A stretch of 11,031 nucleotides of DNA from Chlamydiia bacterium (GTDB lineage Bacteria > Chlamydiota > Chlamydiia > Chlamydiales > JAAKFQ01): positions 1 through 11,031 of the forward strand of contig JBDNIV010000048.1 of NCBI GenBank assembly GCA_041688145.1, written 5' to 3'. Shown in pieces: positions 6,612 through 11,031 of this stretch. A program made the translations under genes and the position numbers. How positions within the stretch are numbered: the stretch's first letter is position 1; every line of letters starts with the position of its first letter. The notes under the pieces were generated by a model that had not been told where the DNA came from, ran no database searches, and worked only from the letters and a program-made list of their open reading frames with translations.

Positions 6612-7001
6612 TTAGTCCCAATCGCTAGGTTGGAATTTTTGGATTTCATCCATAGAAGTAAAAAGGTCAGAAAATTTAATCTCCCAAATTAGGCCAAACT
6701 GTTTAGGCGCCTTTATGTGTATGTAAAAGCGGCCATCTTCTCCAATTTCAGACTGAAATTCTTCAACACAATCTTTTATCATATGATATGTTTTGCTTTT
6801 TGAAGAACTATCCTGATTTATATCACTGTAATGTGCGATCTCTTGATCATCTGTGCACAGCTGTTCTAATTTGTACAGCCACAAGTTTTTGAATCTAGCC
6901 GGTATAATCATATTAATATCAGCAGTGCCGTCAGCTGTATCCAGGGATCTATAAGAATCTGTACACTCCCCAACCATTTTATACCTTTCAATTTCTTCCA
7001 T
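6612..7001 (-). CDS. Cognate immunity protein of the Rhs toxin, two tandem homologous domains
   Basis: ATG 2 nt after the Rhs stop; acidic, 129 aa; residues 7-58 and 72-123 align ungapped with 15/52 identities. Confidence 0.8.
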   Translation of the reverse strand: MEEIERYKMVGECTDSYRSLDTADGTADINMIIPARFKNLWLYKLEQLCTDDQEIAHYSDINQDSSSKSKTYHMIKDCVEEFQSEIGEDGRFYIHIKAPKQFGLIWEIKFSDLFTSMDEIQKFQPSDWD

Positions 7002-7003
7002 GA

Positions 7004-10000
7004 TTATTCTCTGCTTACCCCTATCGGATATACCCTTTCATCAATACCCACAATTTTTTTGTTTTTTCTCCAGCCCTTAAATTTTTCAACATGCATATGT
7101 GGATTTTTATGAGGATGTGGGTGATTAAAATCAAACCTAACCTGCCTCATTTCACACTTAGAACTAAACACCAAGTCACTATGTTCATTTCGAACACCCC
7201 TAATGCCATCTCCCAGATATTCCTCTACCTGACCGAAAGCTTTTTGCACTGCCTTTTGGTTAATTGAAGAATCTTTTCCTCTGGCTACCATCCCTGCCTT
7301 AGGAGATCGAATGGAAAAACTCCCTCTAGCACCACTGATTGCCCTATTAGCTAATCTACCTACGCTCCTTCCTAGGGCTACTCCAGACGCCCCTAAAGTC
7401 ACTGTGTGAAAAAGCCCTCTTCCGCCCATGATTCCAATTTCTCTGGGGCTCTGGGTCTCAAAACTTCTAGCAAAACTATCACCATGCTCTCCAATGTTGC
7501 TAAAAAAGTCCAATGTACTTTCATATTTGCCAACTATAGACTGCCTTATGCCTCCTATTGTGCCGTAAAAGTCTTGATATAATCTAGGTCCAAGACAGCA
7601 AGCATTATACAACATCTGAGCAGGAGCTATTACTAGTGCGCTTCCTGCTTCTCTAACTATACCTTCTGCTGTGCCTAGGGTGGTAATAGCTCTATCTCTT
7701 GATGTCTGAAAGTAATTAGTGTTATCGCTGGATAATCGATCTACTGCTGAGCGGATCTCTCTATCTGAAGACATATTGCCAGCAACAATAGATGAACTAT
7801 TTTCATATCCCGTATCTAGAGGACCACCTCCACTTCCCAAAAGCCCAAAAGCATCGTACTGCATAATAGGGCTGTTGTGGACATGGGCATATAGGTTCAT
7901 GCCATCTGCATACCCTAGGGGATCGGGGCTCATCCATCTGCCGAGTTTGGGGTCGTAGTCTCTTGCTCCAAATGCGGTTATCCCAGCTCCTGGTATGTAT
8001 CTTTTAGAGGAAAAAAGCCAGGGGCTCACATTTTTTCTTGGTCTAGATAATGAGAGCCATGCGTCTCTGTATGCTACATCTAAAGAAGTACGCTCTCCAA
8101 AGCCTGTGTAGCGATATGCCATAGCGGGCTTTTGGTAATATCCAGAGAGAAGCACAGTCACATTGCCTCTATGATCGTAGATGGGAACGTAGTCTTCACC
8201 TTCAATTATGAAGTGGTGGCCATTGGCTATTTCAGCTTCTATACCTTCTAGGGGGACTCTGAGTTCTTGGACTTTTCCATGAGCATCAATAGAGCCTATT
8301 TCACACTGTTCGTCATAAATAAAAGTGCGTTTTTTGCCATCGTGAATCTCTGTAATGCGCCTATCTAAAGGGTCATAGCTAAAGGTGTATGAGAACTTTC
8401 CAGGCGACACAATGCCTATCAATCGATCAAAAGCATCATAGGAAAATTCGAGCTCTTTATCGCTTGTTTTTTTGACTACATTGCCCCAAGAGTCATGCTC
8501 TATATCCAGATCTTCAGAAGAGCTGATTTGGTTCAGCTTTGTGATTTGAAAGGTATTTTCATTGTGGGATATGCGATTTTGGATGGCATCATAAGTGTAG
8601 GTGTGAGGCTTTATTCCCTCTTCAGAAATGAGCTGGTCTAAGTCATCATAGTGGTAATGGATTTGATTCTGGCCTAGAGGATCTTTAACCGTTTTTGTGA
8701 TTAAGCGTCCAGCTTTATCAAATGTGTTTTGCTCATAAAAATAAGGGGCTTCAATTTTTATGAGATTACCCAAAGGGTCTATTGATCTTTTTATAAACCC
8801 TAAATTGTAAGGCAGCCTTACAGAGCAGATGCGTCCTGAAAGATCCCTTTCTACAATTTCAGTAGATGTGTTTTTATAGGAAGATTTTTTGAGATGAGCA
8901 CCCTCGTAAGTGTAGAAAATAGAAGAGCTGTCTGGCAGTTTTGTGGAAAGCTTTCTTCCTAAAGGAGAATAAGTGTGGCTAATAGTTAAGCCGCCGTAGC
9001 TGTCTTGAGAAAGGTTGCCATAAGCATCATAAGAGCGATTTAAAAGTATTTTTCCTGAAGAGTCTAAAGCTTTTACAACCCTGCCGAGGGGGTCGTAGCT
9101 GTAGCTATAATCAATGGGGCCGTGTGATAATCCCTCGCTATATACTCGAGAAATAAGGCCCTCTTTAGAGTGCTCATAGCATCTAGAGCCGTTTGGCTTT
9201 ATCTTCTTTATGAGCTGGCCTAAGTTGTTGTAAACAAAGCTTACTTTTTTCTCAGATTGGCTCTTATAACCCTCTATCATCTCTAAGAGATTGTCTGCGA
9301 GACTGTAGCTGTAGGCGACTTCAAAAAGAGCGGTTCCTGTTTTGGGGTCTTTTTGCTGTTCAAAAGTGAGATTGTCGCGACTGTCATATATTTTAGTTTT
9401 ATGAAATATAAGAGCGCCTAAAGCGTCATACCGTTTTTCATCTTTGAGGTTGCCGTGACCGTCAAACACTAATTCTGATTTTCTTCCTAAAGGATCTGTA
9501 GTCACTTTAGAGATATACCAAAAATCCCATCTTCCTAGATCTACAAGGTGATAATCAATAGAGGTCTTCGCGCCAAGAGGGTTTTGCACCTTTCTTGCTC
9601 TACCAAAAAGATCATACTCTATAAAAGTCTCTTCCGGGCCGCACTTGCCATAGGCTGTTTTTTTGATTACATTGCCCATAGAGTCATAGGCCAAATCTTC
9701 TTTTTCTTGAAAATCTCCACTCGGAAGAATGGTTGCTGAGGAAATAGCCCTACCTAAAAGATCGTATGAGAGTTTCTCAACGTACTGCAGATTATTTTTC
9801 TCAAAATAACTTGTGGATACTCTTTGACCAAGAGCGTTATAGCCATACTCAACTCGGCCCCCTGTGCCTTCAATAGATTCAGAAAAAAGCCTTCCAAAAC
9901 CATCGTATTCATAAAGAGTTTTCACTCCCATAGCATCTGTTTTAGAGGTGATTTTTCCAAAAACGTCATAAGCGGCCCTAGACTCGCTCACAAGCTTTCC

Positions 10001-11031
10001 TGAAGCGTTCTCTATTTTCTGACAAATAACATTATCCAAAAGATCGTAGCTAAAAGTCTCAAGGGTTTTGTCTGTTTTTTTGTGAGCTCTTAGCGAGCCG
10101 TCTAGGTTATAAATAAAGCTTTCTTCTGTGCCATCGGGATAGACTCTTTGGCAGGGGGACCCCCGAATGGTATACGTTGTTTTTGTCACAGGGCTTTTAT
10201 CAGAAATATCGCTATTTTCCGAAGAACCTACAGGAGCATAGCGCACAATCACATTGCCTAAAATATCATAGCTGTAGTGCTCAAAACACCAAATGCTTTC
10301 TGAGTCCCTTCCTATAAGTCCAGATCGTCCCTCATGTATGGGGCGATTTCTGTGGTCGTATGCCCACACAGAGTGAGCTGTACGCTTGCCGTTAACAAAC
10401 TCCCAGTAAGCTGTTTTATTGCCAAAAGAGTCGTACTGATATCTCTTTTCTTTCACCTCTAGAGGCGCATGTGCTTTTTCTGAAATCAGGCGATTCATAG
10501 GATTGTATTCAAAGGTCTTTTTAAGACCATTTGACAAGAGCTTTTCTACTAGGTTGTTGTTGGCATCATATGTATAACGCGTAACAAAACCTAAAGCATC
10601 CGCCTCTGAAGTGCAGCGGCCTTTATCATCATAGGTCCAGTGAAGAGTAATCTGATGTTTGTTGTTAGCATCATAAACATCTTTTTGGATGAGCTTATGG
10701 CGAGAGTTGTAAAAAAACACATCCCTTTTTGCGAGGCTATTTTTATTTGTTTTTGGGTCCCAAAAATAAACAGATTTTTCTTCAGGCATGCTTAGTGCCG
10801 GCTGCTTTTGTCTAGGCTTAATTTGCACAGATTTTCTGAAAGTCACATTAGAAAAATCTTGTGCAGGGTTTTCAGCTGAACCATCATCCTCAACAACACC
10901 TACAAGGACATGATCAGCATCGTACTCATAAAAAGTGCGCCTTTTTCCGTTTTCTAAGTGGACTATTTGGCTCAAAAGAAGGTTTGTGCCAGGCTTATAG
11001 GTATAGGTGGTTTTCTTCCCACTTTGCTCTA
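7004..11031 (-). CDS. rhs: Rhs/YD-repeat polymorphic toxin (5' end outside the window)
   Basis: Many YD repeats (YTYDANNNL, YEYDGFGRL, YSYDPLGRV); Rhs-associated core FGARDYDPKLGRWMSPDPLG...NLYAHVHNSPIMQYDAFGL; 278-aa C-terminal extension; frame stays open from 10975 to the window edge (EQSGKKTTYTYKPGTNLL). Confidence 0.95.
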   Translation of the reverse strand, partial: EQSGKKTTYTYKPGTNLLLSQIVHLENGKRRTFYEYDADHVLVGVVEDDGSAENPAQDFSNVTFRKSVQIKPRQKQPALSMPEEKSVYFWDPKTNKNSLAKRDVFFYNSRHKLIQKDVYDANNKHQITLHWTYDDKGRCTSEADALGFVTRYTYDANNNLVEKLLSNGLKKTFEYNPMNRLISEKAHAPLEVKEKRYQYDSFGNKTAYWEFVNGKRTAHSVWAYDHRNRPIHEGRSGLIGRDSESIWCFEHYSYDILGNVIVRYAPVGSSENSDISDKSPVTKTTYTIRGSPCQRVYPDGTEESFIYNLDGSLRAHKKTDKTLETFSYDLLDNVICQKIENASGKLVSESRAAYDVFGKITSKTDAMGVKTLYEYDGFGRLFSESIEGTGGRVEYGYNALGQRVSTSYFEKNNLQYVEKLSYDLLGRAISSATILPSGDFQEKEDLAYDSMGNVIKKTAYGKCGPEETFIEYDLFGRARKVQNPLGAKTSIDYHLVDLGRWDFWYISKVTTDPLGRKSELVFDGHGNLKDEKRYDALGALIFHKTKIYDSRDNLTFEQQKDPKTGTALFEVAYSYSLADNLLEMIEGYKSQSEKKVSFVYNNLGQLIKKIKPNGSRCYEHSKEGLISRVYSEGLSHGPIDYSYSYDPLGRVVKALDSSGKILLNRSYDAYGNLSQDSYGGLTISHTYSPLGRKLSTKLPDSSSIFYTYEGAHLKKSSYKNTSTEIVERDLSGRICSVRLPYNLGFIKRSIDPLGNLIKIEAPYFYEQNTFDKAGRLITKTVKDPLGQNQIHYHYDDLDQLISEEGIKPHTYTYDAIQNRISHNENTFQITKLNQISSSEDLDIEHDSWGNVVKKTSDKELEFSYDAFDRLIGIVSPGKFSYTFSYDPLDRRITEIHDGKKRTFIYDEQCEIGSIDAHGKVQELRVPLEGIEAEIANGHHFIIEGEDYVPIYDHRGNVTVLLSGYYQKPAMAYRYTGFGERTSLDVAYRDAWLSLSRPRKNVSPWLFSSKRYIPGAGITAFGARDYDPKLGRWMSPDPLGYADGMNLYAHVHNSPIMQYDAFGLLGSGGGPLDTGYENSSSIVAGNMSSDREIRSAVDRLSSDNTNYFQTSRDRAITTLGTAEGIVREAGSALVIAPAQMLYNACCLGPRLYQDFYGTIGGIRQSIVGKYESTLDFFSNIGEHGDSFARSFETQSPREIGIMGGRGLFHTVTLGASGVALGRSVGRLANRAISGARGSFSIRSPKAGMVARGKDSSINQKAVQKAFGQVEEYLGDGIRGVRNEHSDLVFSSKCEMRQVRFDFNHPHPHKNPHMHVEKFKGWRKNKKIVGIDERVYPIGVSRE

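Noticed and set aside
7719..9739. Plus-strand ORFs 7719-7958 and 9548-9739
   Set aside because: Antisense shadows within rhs.
10973..10975. TTG at 10975 as the Rhs start
   Set aside because: Frame continues open with YD-like sequence to the window edge.
1..11031. CRISPR array, tRNA/rRNA, transposase or integrase
   Set aside because: No regularly spaced DNA repeats, cloverleaf or recombinase motifs seen; YD repeats are degenerate protein-level repeats.

Overview
AT-rich bacterial window, mostly minus-strand genes; gene content suggests an environmental Chlamydiota-like genome (inference only). Right half is a polymorphic toxin locus: a large Rhs/YD-repeat protein (5' end outside the window) with autoproteolysis motifs and a His-rich C-terminal toxin, a coupled immunity gene made of two tandem domains, a short relic of a paralogous toxin, then an orphan Ntox24-like toxin fragment with its own immunity gene. 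Both toxin tips are preceded by a shared IRSP[KR]xxMxxRxK motif. The middle encodes a NAPE-PLD/RomA-like MBL hydrolase, a hydrophobic-hairpin/coiled-coil protein, a 4-TM protein and a helical effector-like protein. The left end has a two-gene unit: a 111-aa leader plus Gly-rich amphipathic beta-hairpin protein followed by a two-domain retropepsin-like aspartic protease, which is the best candidate for an undescribed system. No RNA genes, CRISPR arrays or mobile elements were recognised.
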